A DNA stretch of 55,118 nt from assembly GCA_025458805.1 (NCBI GenBank), contig JALORQ010000008.1, positions 1 to 55,118 on the forward strand, given 5' to 3'. Below, in pieces: positions 27,515 through 37,464 of this stretch. A program made the position numbers and the translations under genes. Below the pieces are notes generated by a model. The model did no database searches. It was not told where the DNA came from and saw nothing but the letters and a program-made list of their open reading frames with translations. How positions within the stretch are numbered: position 1 is the first letter of the stretch; every line of letters begins with the position of its first letter. The DNA is from Rubrivivax sp. Lineage in GTDB: Bacteria; Pseudomonadota; Gammaproteobacteria; Burkholderiales; Burkholderiaceae_C.

Positions 27515-28390
27515 ATGGACGCGCCGCGCACAGCGCCGCCGACCCCGCATCCCGCGTGGGGAGCCCGCGAGCTGTGGCTGCGCCTCGCGCCCGTGCTGCC
27601 GGGCATCGGGGTCGAGGTGCTCGCCGAGGTCGACTCGACCAACTCCGAACTGCTGGCGCGCGCGCGTCACGGTCGCCGCGCGGCCGACCTCGCACCCTGC
27701 CTGCTGGTGGCCGAGCACCAGCGCGCCGGACGTGGCCGCCTCGGTCGCCCGTGGCGCACGCTGCCGGGTGGCGCACTGACCTTCTCGCTCGCGCTGCCGA
27801 TGGCGCCCCGCGGCTGGGGCGGGCTGTCGCTCGCCGTGGGTACGGCGCTGGCCGACGCGCTCGATCCCCCGGACGACGGCGCGCCCTCGCGCATCGGCAT
27901 CAAGTGGCCCAACGATCTGTGGCTGCTGGACGCGCGCGGTGGCGGTCGGAAGCTCGGCGGCGTGCTCATCGAGACCAGCGGCGCCGTCGTGCCCCGCTGG
28001 GTGGTCGTCGGCGTCGGGATCAACGTCCTGCCGCGGCAGGTCGACGCGACCGAGTTCTCGACCGGGTACGGCTGCCTGCGCGAGATCGACCCGCACGCCA
28101 CGGCGCCTGCGGCGTTGGCGACCGTGGTCGAGCCGCTGGCGCGCGCGCTGCGGCTGTTCGAGGCCGACGGGCTGGCGCCCTTCGCCGCGCGCTTCGCCGC
28201 CCGCGACCTGCTGCGCGGCCGCACCGTCACCACCTCCGGGGCCGAGGGCGCCACCGGCGTCGCCGACGGCATCGACGAGGACGGCGCGCTCTCGCTGCGC
28301 TGTGCGGACGGCCTGCGCCGGGTGAGCAGCGGGGAGGTCAGCGTGCGTCTCGCCGGCGAACGCGCGACGCCTGCGGGGTCGGCATGCTGA
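27515..28390 (+). CDS. birA: Biotin--[acetyl-CoA-carboxylase] ligase (no N-terminal HTH)
   Basis: DSTN, QRAGRGRLGRPW, IKWPNDL, KLGGVLIE, GVGIN, SGEVS. Confidence 0.95.
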   Translation: MDAPRTAPPTPHPAWGARELWLRLAPVLPGIGVEVLAEVDSTNSELLARARHGRRAADLAPCLLVAEHQRAGRGRLGRPWRTLPGGALTFSLALPMAPRGWGGLSLAVGTALADALDPPDDGAPSRIGIKWPNDLWLLDARGGGRKLGGVLIETSGAVVPRWVVVGVGINVLPRQVDATEFSTGYGCLREIDPHATAPAALATVVEPLARALRLFEADGLAPFAARFAARDLLRGRTVTTSGAEGATGVADGIDEDGALSLRCADGLRRVSSGEVSVRLAGERATPAGSAC

Positions 28391-28836
28391 GGGGCATCGT
28401 CGTCGTCCTGCTGCTCGCCAACCTGTTGTTCTTCGGCTGGACGCGGGGCTGGTTCGCGCCGGCCTGGCCGCCGCCGCTGCACGGTCCGCGCGAGCCCGAA
28501 CGCCTGGCCGCCCAGGTCGATCCGGAACGCATCGAGATCGTCGCCGCCGGGGCCGGCGCCGCTTCGGCGCCCTCGCCCGCCGCGTCCGTGTCCGACCCGT
28601 CAGCAGCGGCGTCGGCCGCCACCGCGGCTTCGGCAGCGGCCTCGGCACCCGCGTCGGCGCCGGCATCGAGTCCGGCGTGGGCGCCGCAGCCCGGAGTGGC
28701 GTCGGCGTCGGCGCCGGCCGCTGCGACCGCGACGGGATCGACGCCCCGGCCCTCGCGCGCGGCCTTGCCTGCGCCGCCGGACGCGCCGCCGGCCGCCAGC
28801 GCAGCCCCGGCCTCGGCACCCGGCGCACCGGGCTGA
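28384..28836 (+). CDS. Membrane-anchored Ala/Ser/Pro-rich protein (N-terminal part of the birA-linked SPOR-like family)
   Basis: LLLANLLFFGW..REPERLAAQVDPERI followed by a low-complexity tail only. Confidence 0.6.
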   Translation: MLRGIVVVLLLANLLFFGWTRGWFAPAWPPPLHGPREPERLAAQVDPERIEIVAAGAGAASAPSPAASVSDPSAAASAATAASAAASAPASAPASSPAWAPQPGVASASAPAAATATGSTPRPSRAALPAPPDAPPAASAAPASAPGAPG

Positions 28837-28914
28837 CCACGGCCCGTCGGCGACGTCGAGTCCCGTGCGGGCTGCTGGCCTCCGCCTGGCGCGTCGGGTG
28901 CGGGCCCGGCGCCT

Positions 28915-30702
28915 TCAGCGCGCGCGGCGGGTGCGGCGCAACGCGAACGCGGCCAGCGCGAGCGCGGCGACCCAGGTCGCGGACATCGCCCCACCGCCCC
29001 CGCCGCCACCCTGCGGCGTGTCGTCCGGAAGCAGTTCGACGGTCGTCGCGGCGGCCACCGCGGCCCCCGCGTCGAGCATGCCGGCCCCGCACAGCGATCC
29101 GTCGTTCGGGCAGGTGCACTCGAGTTGCGGGCGCCCGTCGGGAGGCCTGCAGGCGGGCACGTCGGGACCGCCTTGCGGAAACGGACGCGCCGTGCGCTGC
29201 AGCAGCGAGGCGAGGGTGGCCGGGTTCAGGTCGGGGCGCACCGCGATCATCAGCGAGGCCGTCGCCGCCGCCAGCGGCGACGCGAAACTGGTGCCCACGC
29301 TCACGTCGAAGCTGTCGGTCCACGCCGAAGCCGCCGGCCCGCGCAGCCCGCGGTTGGTGGCAGCGACGATCGGATAGAGGCAGGGCTCCAGCGGGTCGAC
29401 GTTGACGCAGTTGCCACCAGGCGCGGCGACGGTGATCTCGCGTCCGAGGTCAGAGAAGCCCACCTTGGTGCCGACGTGACGCAGGCCGAGCACGGTGACG
29501 ACGCGCTCGCAGTTGCCCGGCGCGGCGACCGCCTGGCCGTCGCTGTTGCCCGCCGCGACGACCACGGTGACCCCGCGCGCGCGCACGGCATCGACGACCT
29601 CCTGGTAGCTGCCGCACGCACCGCCGCCGCCCAGGCTGAGGTTGATGACGCGCGCCGGGGTCGGGTTGGCGGGCACGCCGGGCACCTCGAGCCCGGCTGC
29701 CCAGCGCATGCCGGCCTGGATGTCGGCGTCGGTGCCGAAGCACTTGCCCAGCACGCGCACCGGCAGTACCTGGGCGCGCGGCGCCGCGCCGGCCATCCCG
29801 ACGGCGGGCGCGCCGCCGAATCCGGCGGCGGCGCCGACGAGGCTCGCCGTCCGGGTGCCGTGCCAGGAACTCGGCGTGTCGATCGCGGCACCGATCTCGG
29901 CGGGGTCCGGGTCGCAGTCGTAGAACGGCCCGCGCGGGTTGCTGTTCTCGGCTGCGGTCGTCCAGTCGCCCGGGTCGGACGGATCGCCGTCGCGTCCCCC
30001 GCCGTCGTTGGCGACCACCGGGTCGGAGACGAAGTCGTAACCGGGCAGCAGCCGCCCGCCCTGCGCGGCGCGGCCGAGGTCCGGGTGCTCGAAGCGCACG
30101 CCGGTGTCGAGCACGGCGACCACGACCCCGCCGCCGCGCGTGCGGTCCCAGGCGGACTCGACGTCGATCGAGGCACGAACCTCTCCATGCGGCGCCCGCA
30201 GCGCCCACTGGCCGACCGCCGGGCCGGACGGGCGCAGCGCCGGGTCGACGGCAGGGTAGAGCGGATCGGTCGGCGCAGCCAGGATGCGCCGCCGATGGTT
30301 CACCGCCACCGACTCGACATCCGGGTCGGCCCGCAGCCGTTCGGCCAGCGCCTCGGCCGGCAGCCCGCGCGCGCGCAGCACCTGCACGCGAGGCGCCACC
30401 GCCGAACCGGTCTCGATCGCGAGCCGGTGGCGGGCGCCGATCGTGGCGGCCCGCGCCGCCAGCGTCGCCCTGACCTGCTCGGCCGGCGCGCGCGCCGCGA
30501 GCCCGTAACGCCTGGTCAGTGCGGCATCTTCCCGAAAGCGAACAATCACTTCTGCAGTCTCGGCGTCGACCGCCGCGCCGCGCGGCCGCGGCTGGTCCGG
30601 TGTCGAATCGGCACCGGTCGAGACCAGGGCCAGGACCATCAGCCACGCGGCCACCGGGGGCCGCACCGGGCGGGACCCTGTCCCGGGGTACGTCGATCGC
30701 AT
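28915..30702 (-). CDS. S8 subtilisin-family serine peptidase with GlyGly-CTERM tail
   Basis: VLDTG, WHGT, AAGN, GTSFASP catalytic motifs; ends GGGGGGAMSATWVAALALAAFALRRTRRAR. Confidence 0.92.
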   Translation of the reverse strand: MRSTYPGTGSRPVRPPVAAWLMVLALVSTGADSTPDQPRPRGAAVDAETAEVIVRFREDAALTRRYGLAARAPAEQVRATLAARAATIGARHRLAIETGSAVAPRVQVLRARGLPAEALAERLRADPDVESVAVNHRRRILAAPTDPLYPAVDPALRPSGPAVGQWALRAPHGEVRASIDVESAWDRTRGGGVVVAVLDTGVRFEHPDLGRAAQGGRLLPGYDFVSDPVVANDGGGRDGDPSDPGDWTTAAENSNPRGPFYDCDPDPAEIGAAIDTPSSWHGTRTASLVGAAAGFGGAPAVGMAGAAPRAQVLPVRVLGKCFGTDADIQAGMRWAAGLEVPGVPANPTPARVINLSLGGGGACGSYQEVVDAVRARGVTVVVAAGNSDGQAVAAPGNCERVVTVLGLRHVGTKVGFSDLGREITVAAPGGNCVNVDPLEPCLYPIVAATNRGLRGPAASAWTDSFDVSVGTSFASPLAAATASLMIAVRPDLNPATLASLLQRTARPFPQGGPDVPACRPPDGRPQLECTCPNDGSLCGAGMLDAGAAVAAATTVELLPDDTPQGGGGGGGAMSATWVAALALAAFALRRTRRAR

Positions 30703-30874
30703 GCGACGAGTGTAGGGGGGTGAGACAGCCGGGCCGGCACCGGTCGCTGCGGCCAAGCACGATCCCGGCGCGGGCGGGTCCGTCACGGCAACGACATCGA
30801 CGGCCGGTAGCTTCGGCCGCTGTCGGTCGCCAGCGCCGACACCGCTGCCCGCCCCCCTCTCGCAGGAGCAACCC

Positions 30875-31651
30875 GTGCCGTCTTCCGCCCGCCTCGCCAG
30901 CGCCTCACGCATTTCGCTGCTGCTCTCGCTCACGCTCGCCGCGGGTGCCGGGCAGGCCGCAGCGCCGACCCAGGTGTTCACGCTGCAACCCGCGGCCGAC
31001 ACGTCGATCTTCGGCGGCCTGGACGACATCAGCGACGGCCAGGGCGGATCGCTGTGGACCAGCGTCACCGCAAGCGGCCTGGTGCGGCGGGCCCTGCTGC
31101 GTTTCGACCTGTCGGCGATCCCGGATGACCAGCGCGTGGTGTCGGCCTCGCTGTCGCTGTACCTGAGCAACTCGCGCGGCGCCCACGACATCGGACTGCA
31201 CCGCATGACGGCCTCGTGGGGCGAAGGCGCGTCCAACGGCGGCAACGCCGGGGTCGGCGACATCGCGCGCCCCGGCGACGCGACCTGGCGCTGGCGCGAC
31301 TACCAGCTCGCCGAATGGTCCACGCCCGGCGGCGACTTCGCTCTCGCGGCGAGTTCGACCGCTTTCGTCGGGCTGCAGGGACTGCGCTACACCTGGGACT
31401 CGACCGCAGCGATGGTCGGCGACGTGCAGGGCTGGCTCGACGACCCGGCGTCGAACCACGGCTGGATCATGATCGGAGACGAGGTCACGCAGCAGGGCGC
31501 CAAGCGCTTCGCGAGCCGCCACGACGTCGACGCCTCGCTGCGGCCGCTTCTGGTCGTGCACACGGCGCCGATCCCCGAGCCCGCCACGTGGGCGCTGTGG
31601 GCCGCCGGGCTGGCGGGCCTGGTGGGGGTCGCGCGGCGGCGTCGCGGCTGA
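30875..31651 (+). CDS. DNRLRE/CBM-like domain PEP-CTERM protein
   Basis: Signal peptide, RRALLRFDL, VQGWLDDPASNHGW, RPLL; ends IPEPATWALWAAGLAGLVGVARRRRG. Confidence 0.88.
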   Translation: MPSSARLASASRISLLLSLTLAAGAGQAAAPTQVFTLQPAADTSIFGGLDDISDGQGGSLWTSVTASGLVRRALLRFDLSAIPDDQRVVSASLSLYLSNSRGAHDIGLHRMTASWGEGASNGGNAGVGDIARPGDATWRWRDYQLAEWSTPGGDFALAASSTAFVGLQGLRYTWDSTAAMVGDVQGWLDDPASNHGWIMIGDEVTQQGAKRFASRHDVDASLRPLLVVHTAPIPEPATWALWAAGLAGLVGVARRRRG

Positions 31652-31673
31652 GCGCGCGCCGCTGCAGCGGCCG

Positions 31674-32678
<1,005 letters not shown>

Positions 32679-33665
32679 TCAGTCCTTCTGGGGTGGAATG
32701 TCGATCTTCAGGCAGGGGACGGTGACGATGGCGCGCGCGGCGAACACGGCGTCGAGGTCGGCATCGTTGAGCGCGAGCCGCACGCTGCGCATCGCATCGT
32801 GCAACGGCAGCCGCGCCGGGTTCCAGGCGTCGCGACGGGTGACCACGTTGGCCAGCATCGGTTGCATGTAGACGAAGTCGACGTCAAACGGGCAGCCCAT
32901 CCGCGTCGTGTCGAGCCGCAGGCCCGCGCGCAGGTCGGCCACGGCGAGCAGCTGCGGCAGGGTCAACGGCTTGAATCCGTATCCGTCGCCGTCGAACACG
33001 AACACGTACTTGTGCTCGACGGTGACCACCTCGCCGGTCAGGCAAGGCATGCGCAGGCCGGCAACGTGTCGCTCGACGGCTCGCTTGAGCGGCGCGGCCG
33101 AGGGGCGGGCGAAGGTCTCGACCGCGGGCGGCTCGGACGGGGAACGGAACGTCAGGCGCGCAAAGACCCGCCCCTGCAGGCCCTGGCGCCGGGCTGACGT
33201 CGGGTACGTTGGGGACAGCGACTCGCTCGGATGCCGCAGGCACCGCAAGAGCTCGCGGCGCAGCGCGTCGTCCGCATCGGCAAGCTCTCCGGCCACCGCC
33301 TTCGAGGCACGACTAAACAGGTACTCCTGGTGCAGCCGCGCAGCGCCGCCCTCCGGCAGGCAGGGCACGCGAAACTGCGCGACGTGATCGCGGACGGACT
33401 CGACGAATGCGGAGCCGCCGCGCGATTCGACGACCGTGACCTCCGGCGCCGAACGAGGCCCCGCGAAGCGCAGCTCGACGCGCACCTGACCCTCGCGCTC
33501 CATGGCCCACTCGGCGGCCGGATATGCGGGAGCGCCGCGCTCCGGCTCGACCGGCGTGAGACACCGGACCGCCTCCGAAGGCCCCAGCTCGAAGTCCTCT
33601 GCGAACGCGGAAGCGAATGCGGCCAGCGACAGGGCCGTCACGGTCGCGCGCAGCGCCGCGCCCAT
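32679..33665 (-). CDS. Secreted protein with tandem TonB C-terminal-like domains
   Basis: Signal peptide; PAYPAAEWAMEREGQVRVEL and PTYPTSARRQGLQGRVFARL repeats. Confidence 0.7.
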   Translation of the reverse strand: MGAALRATVTALSLAAFASAFAEDFELGPSEAVRCLTPVEPERGAPAYPAAEWAMEREGQVRVELRFAGPRSAPEVTVVESRGGSAFVESVRDHVAQFRVPCLPEGGAARLHQEYLFSRASKAVAGELADADDALRRELLRCLRHPSESLSPTYPTSARRQGLQGRVFARLTFRSPSEPPAVETFARPSAAPLKRAVERHVAGLRMPCLTGEVVTVEHKYVFVFDGDGYGFKPLTLPQLLAVADLRAGLRLDTTRMGCPFDVDFVYMQPMLANVVTRRDAWNPARLPLHDAMRSVRLALNDADLDAVFAARAIVTVPCLKIDIPPQKD

Positions 33666-33670
33666 CGACC

Positions 33671-35716
33671 TCAGCCCCGAAGCACCTTGCGCACCGTGTC
33701 GGCCACGTTCTGCGCGGTGAAGTGGAACAACTCGAACAGACGGCCGGCCGGGGCGCTCTCGCCGTAGCGGTCGATGCCGATCACCGCGGCGCACCCGTAC
33801 TTCCACCAGAAGTCGGTGACGCCGGCCTCGACCGCGATGCGGGGCACGCCGTCGGGCAGCACGCGGCGCTTGTAGCGCTCGTCCTGGCGGTCGAAGACCG
33901 TGGTGCTGGGCATGCTGACCACGCGCACGGCGACGCCTTCGCGGGCCAGCGCCGCCTGCGCGTGCAGCGCGAGCTGCACCTCGCTGCCGGTGGCGACGAT
34001 GACCGCCCGCGGCCGGCCCCTGAGGCCGACCTCGCCCGGGTCGGCCAGCACGTACGCGCCCTTGCCGATGTCGTCGAGCCCGGCCTTCGGCAGGTAGGGC
34101 AGGTTCTGCCGCGACAGCAGCAGCGCGCTGGGCCGCGACGGGTTGCCGAGCGCCATCGTCCAGGCGATGACCGTCTCGGCGGTGTCGGCCGGGCGCCAGA
34201 CGTCGAGGTTGGGGATCAGCCGCAGGCCGGCGGCGTGCTCGACCGCCTGGTGCGTCGGGCCGTCCTCGCCGAGGCCGATCGAGTCGTGCGTGAAGACGTG
34301 GACCACGCGCCGGCGCATCAGCGCGGCCATGCGGATCGCGTTGCGGCTGTAGTCGCTGAAGGTCAGGAACGTGCCGCCGTAGGGGACGTGGCCGCCGTGC
34401 AGCGCGAGGCCGTTCATGATCGCGGCCATGCCGAACTCGCGCACGCCGTAGTTGACGTGCCGCCCGGGCCGTCCGTCGGGCCCGGCCACCGGCGCGCCGT
34501 CGTCGGCGAAGCGCAGCGGCGGCGTGGCCGTGGTCTGCGTCAGGTTCGACCCGGTGAGGTCGGCCGATCCGCCGAGCAGCTCGGGCAGCGCGCGCGTGAA
34601 GACCTCGAGCGCGAGCTGGCTCGCCTTGCGCGTGGCGACGGTCTCGGCCTTGACGTGGGCCGCGACGACGGCATCGACCGCGGTCTGCGCGAAGCCGGCG
34701 GGCAGCTCGCCCTTGACGCGGCGCGTGAACTCGGCCGCGAGGTCGGGGTGCGCGGCGGCGTAGGCGGCGAACGCGTCGCGCCAGCGCGCATGCGCCGCGG
34801 CACCGGCCGCGCGCGCGTCCCAGGCCGCGCGCACCTCGTCGGGCACGACGAAGGGCTCGTGCGGCCAGCCGAGCGCCTCGCGCGTGAGCCGCACCTCGTC
34901 GGCGCCGAGCGGCTCGCCGTGCGCCTTCGCGGTGCCGGCGCGGTGCGGCGCGCCCTTGCCGATCGTCGTGCGGCAGACGACCAGCGTGGGCCGGCCCGAG
35001 GCGCGCCGCGCCTCGGACAGCGCGGCGTCGACCGCATCGACGTCGTGGCCGTCGACCGGGCCGACGACGTGCCAGCCGTAGCCCTCGAAGCGCTTTCGCA
35101 CGTCGTCGACGTACCAGGGCGCGACCTGGCCGTCGATGCTGATGCCGTTGTCGTCGTAGACCGCGGCCAGCTTGTCGAGCTTCCAGGCGCCGGCGAGCGC
35201 GCACGCCTCGTGGCTCACGCCCTCCATCAGGCAGCCGTCGCCGACGAACACCCAGGTGCGATGGTCGACGATCGCGTGCCCGGGGCGGTTGAATTCGGCG
35301 GCGAGCAGCTTCTCGGCCAGCGCCATGCCCACCGCGTTGGCCAGTCCCTGGCCGAGCGGGCCGGTGGTGGTCTCGACCCCTGGCGTGACATCGACCTCGG
35401 GGTGCCCGGGGGTGCGGCTGTGCAACTGGCGGAAGGCGCGCAGTTCGTCGATCGGCAGGTCGTAGCCGGTCAGGTGCAGCAGCGCGTACAGCAGCATCGA
35501 CCCGTGGCCGTTGCTGAGCACGAAGCGGTCGCGGTCCGGCCAGTGCGGCGCCGACGGGTCGTGCCTGAGGTGCCGCGACCACAGCGCCACCGCGACCTCG
35601 GCCATGCCCATCGGCGCGCCGGGGTGGCCGGAGTTGGCCTGCTGCACCGCGTCCATCGCCAGGGCGCGGATCGCATGGGCCATCAGGGACGTGTCGGGTC
35701 GGGTCGGGTCGGCCAT
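33671..35716 (-). CDS. tkt: Transketolase
   Basis: SGHPGAPMG, RDRFVLSNGH, GDGCLMEG, YGVREFGM, THDSIGLGEDGPTHQ. Confidence 0.98.
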   Translation of the reverse strand: MADPTRPDTSLMAHAIRALAMDAVQQANSGHPGAPMGMAEVAVALWSRHLRHDPSAPHWPDRDRFVLSNGHGSMLLYALLHLTGYDLPIDELRAFRQLHSRTPGHPEVDVTPGVETTTGPLGQGLANAVGMALAEKLLAAEFNRPGHAIVDHRTWVFVGDGCLMEGVSHEACALAGAWKLDKLAAVYDDNGISIDGQVAPWYVDDVRKRFEGYGWHVVGPVDGHDVDAVDAALSEARRASGRPTLVVCRTTIGKGAPHRAGTAKAHGEPLGADEVRLTREALGWPHEPFVVPDEVRAAWDARAAGAAAHARWRDAFAAYAAAHPDLAAEFTRRVKGELPAGFAQTAVDAVVAAHVKAETVATRKASQLALEVFTRALPELLGGSADLTGSNLTQTTATPPLRFADDGAPVAGPDGRPGRHVNYGVREFGMAAIMNGLALHGGHVPYGGTFLTFSDYSRNAIRMAALMRRRVVHVFTHDSIGLGEDGPTHQAVEHAAGLRLIPNLDVWRPADTAETVIAWTMALGNPSRPSALLLSRQNLPYLPKAGLDDIGKGAYVLADPGEVGLRGRPRAVIVATGSEVQLALHAQAALAREGVAVRVVSMPSTTVFDRQDERYKRRVLPDGVPRIAVEAGVTDFWWKYGCAAVIGIDRYGESAPAGRLFELFHFTAQNVADTVRKVLRG

Positions 35717-35869
35717 GCGAGGGAGCGACAGCGGAGGCAGGCTTCGGATTCTAGGTGCCCGCACCCGGGCCGCGGCCGTCGCCGGACGCGCCGGCGCTTG
35801 ACCTGCCGCAAGCCGGCGGGCGGGCCGTCTGCGACGCTCGCCTCCTCGTCCCCGCCGACCCCGCCCGCG

Positions 35870-36454
35870 ATGCGACACCTCACGCTCGACGTCATCCAGG
35901 CCGAGCACCAGGCCCTGGCCGCGATGCTGCGGTCGCTGCAGATGCTGCTCGCGCAGGCCGCCCGGGCCGCGCGCGCGCCCGACTTCGACGTGCTGCGTGC
36001 GATGCTGCTCTACATCGACGAGTTTCCCGAGCGGCTGCATCACCCGAAGGAGAGCACGCTGCTGTTCCCGCGCCTGCGCGAGCGCGCGCCCGAACTGGGC
36101 CCGGTCATCGACCGCCTCGACCGCGACCACGCACGCGGCGGGGCGGCGATCCGCGACCTCGAGCACGCCCTGCTCGCCTGGGAGGTGCTGGGCGAGCCGA
36201 GGCGCGCCGCATTCGAGCAGGCGCTCGACGCGTACGTCGCGTTCTACCTGGACCACATGGCGGTCGAGGAGACCGAGCTGCTGCCGGCGGCACGCCGCGT
36301 CCTGTCGGACGGCGACTGGGCCGCTCTCGACGCCGCCTTCGCGGCCAACCGCGACCCGCTCACCGGCCACGAGCCCGAGGACGGCTACCGGCCGCTGTTC
36401 CGTCGCATCGTCGAGCGCGCGCCGGCGCCGATCGGCCTCGGGCCGGCGGGCTGA
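35870..36454 (+). CDS. Hemerythrin/HHE domain protein
   Basis: EHQAL, HHPKEST, DH, HMAVEE iron-ligand pattern. Confidence 0.88.
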   Translation: MRHLTLDVIQAEHQALAAMLRSLQMLLAQAARAARAPDFDVLRAMLLYIDEFPERLHHPKESTLLFPRLRERAPELGPVIDRLDRDHARGGAAIRDLEHALLAWEVLGEPRRAAFEQALDAYVAFYLDHMAVEETELLPAARRVLSDGDWAALDAAFAANRDPLTGHEPEDGYRPLFRRIVERAPAPIGLGPAG

Positions 36455-36530
36455 GCCGGCGAACTCGCGGCAGGCCGACGGCGGCCGTCGGGGTGCCCTC
36501 GGACCCGGCGTTGCCTACACTCGCGCGGCC

Positions 36531-37211
36531 ATGGCCGCCGACCCCGTCCCGCATGCGCTGATCCTGGCCGCCGGCCGCGGCGAGCGGATGCGGCCGCTCA
36601 CCGACACCACGCCCAAGCCGCTGCTGCCCGTGCGCGGCAAGCCGCTGATCGAATGGCATCTCGAGGCGCTGGCGCGCGCCGGGGTGCGCGAGGTCGTCGT
36701 CAACACCGCCTGGCTCGAAGACCGCTTCGAGCCCGCGCTCGGCGACGGTGCGCGCTGGGGGCTCGCGATCCGCTACTCGCGCGAGGGCCGCGACCATGGC
36801 GGCGCGCTCGAGACCGCCGGCGGCATCGCCAAGGCGCTGCCCTGGCTCGGCGAGGTCTTCTGGGTGGTCGCGGGCGATGTCTTCGTGCCAGGCTTCCCGT
36901 TCGCGGGCACGCTGCCCGCCGGGCGCTCGTGCCACCTGTGGCTGGTGCCGAACGCCCCACACCATCCGGGCGGTGACTTCGCCCTCGCCCCCGATGGCCG
37001 GCTGACGACCGGCCCGGTCGAGGCGCGTCGCACCTGGGCCAGCGTCGGCCTGTTCCGGCACACGATGTTCGCGGACCTTGCGCCGGGCACGCGACTGGCG
37101 CTGCGGCCGCTGCTCGAGCGCGAGATCGCCGCCGGGCGTGCCGGCGGCGAACGTTGGGACGGCAGCTGGGCCGACGTCGGCACGCCCGAGCGGCTCGCCG
37201 CGCTCGGCTGA
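36531..37211 (+). CDS. murU: MurNAc-1-phosphate uridylyltransferase (MurU-like nucleotidyltransferase)
   Basis: LAAGRGERMRPLTDTTPKPLL, LETAGGI, WADVGTPERL. Confidence 0.85.
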   Translation: MAADPVPHALILAAGRGERMRPLTDTTPKPLLPVRGKPLIEWHLEALARAGVREVVVNTAWLEDRFEPALGDGARWGLAIRYSREGRDHGGALETAGGIAKALPWLGEVFWVVAGDVFVPGFPFAGTLPAGRSCHLWLVPNAPHHPGGDFALAPDGRLTTGPVEARRTWASVGLFRHTMFADLAPGTRLALRPLLEREIAAGRAGGERWDGSWADVGTPERLAALG

Positions 37212-37296
37212 CCGCGCCGCGCGCCCGCGCCGGCCGCCCGCGGCGACGGCCGCGACCTCGCACCCCCTCCAGGCATTGGGGTCCGCCCCGGGCGGC

Positions 37297-37314
37297 CGCT
37301 CATCGTTCCGTCAC
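37297..37314 (+). promoter_or_regulatory. Putative Pho box upstream of phoX
   Basis: CGCTCAT-CGTT-CCGTCAC resembles CTGTCAT-N4-CTGTCAC with 11-bp periodicity. Confidence 0.35.
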
Positions 37315-37464
37315 AAAGCGCCGCGAGACTCGCGTCCGGCTTACGGCTTCCCGACGCGCCGCGCGCGCCGTCGGGTGATGCCCCGCGCATCCGGCGCCCG
37401 CCGGGTTGAACGACGCGCGGCGGTCCGGGCCAGACGCAAACCCCGCCATCGCCAGGAGAGGCTC

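Noticed and set aside
28545-28836. Tandem repeat or CRISPR-like array
   Set aside because: Degenerate Ala/Ser/Pro codon repeats inside a CDS; no regular repeat-spacer structure anywhere in the window
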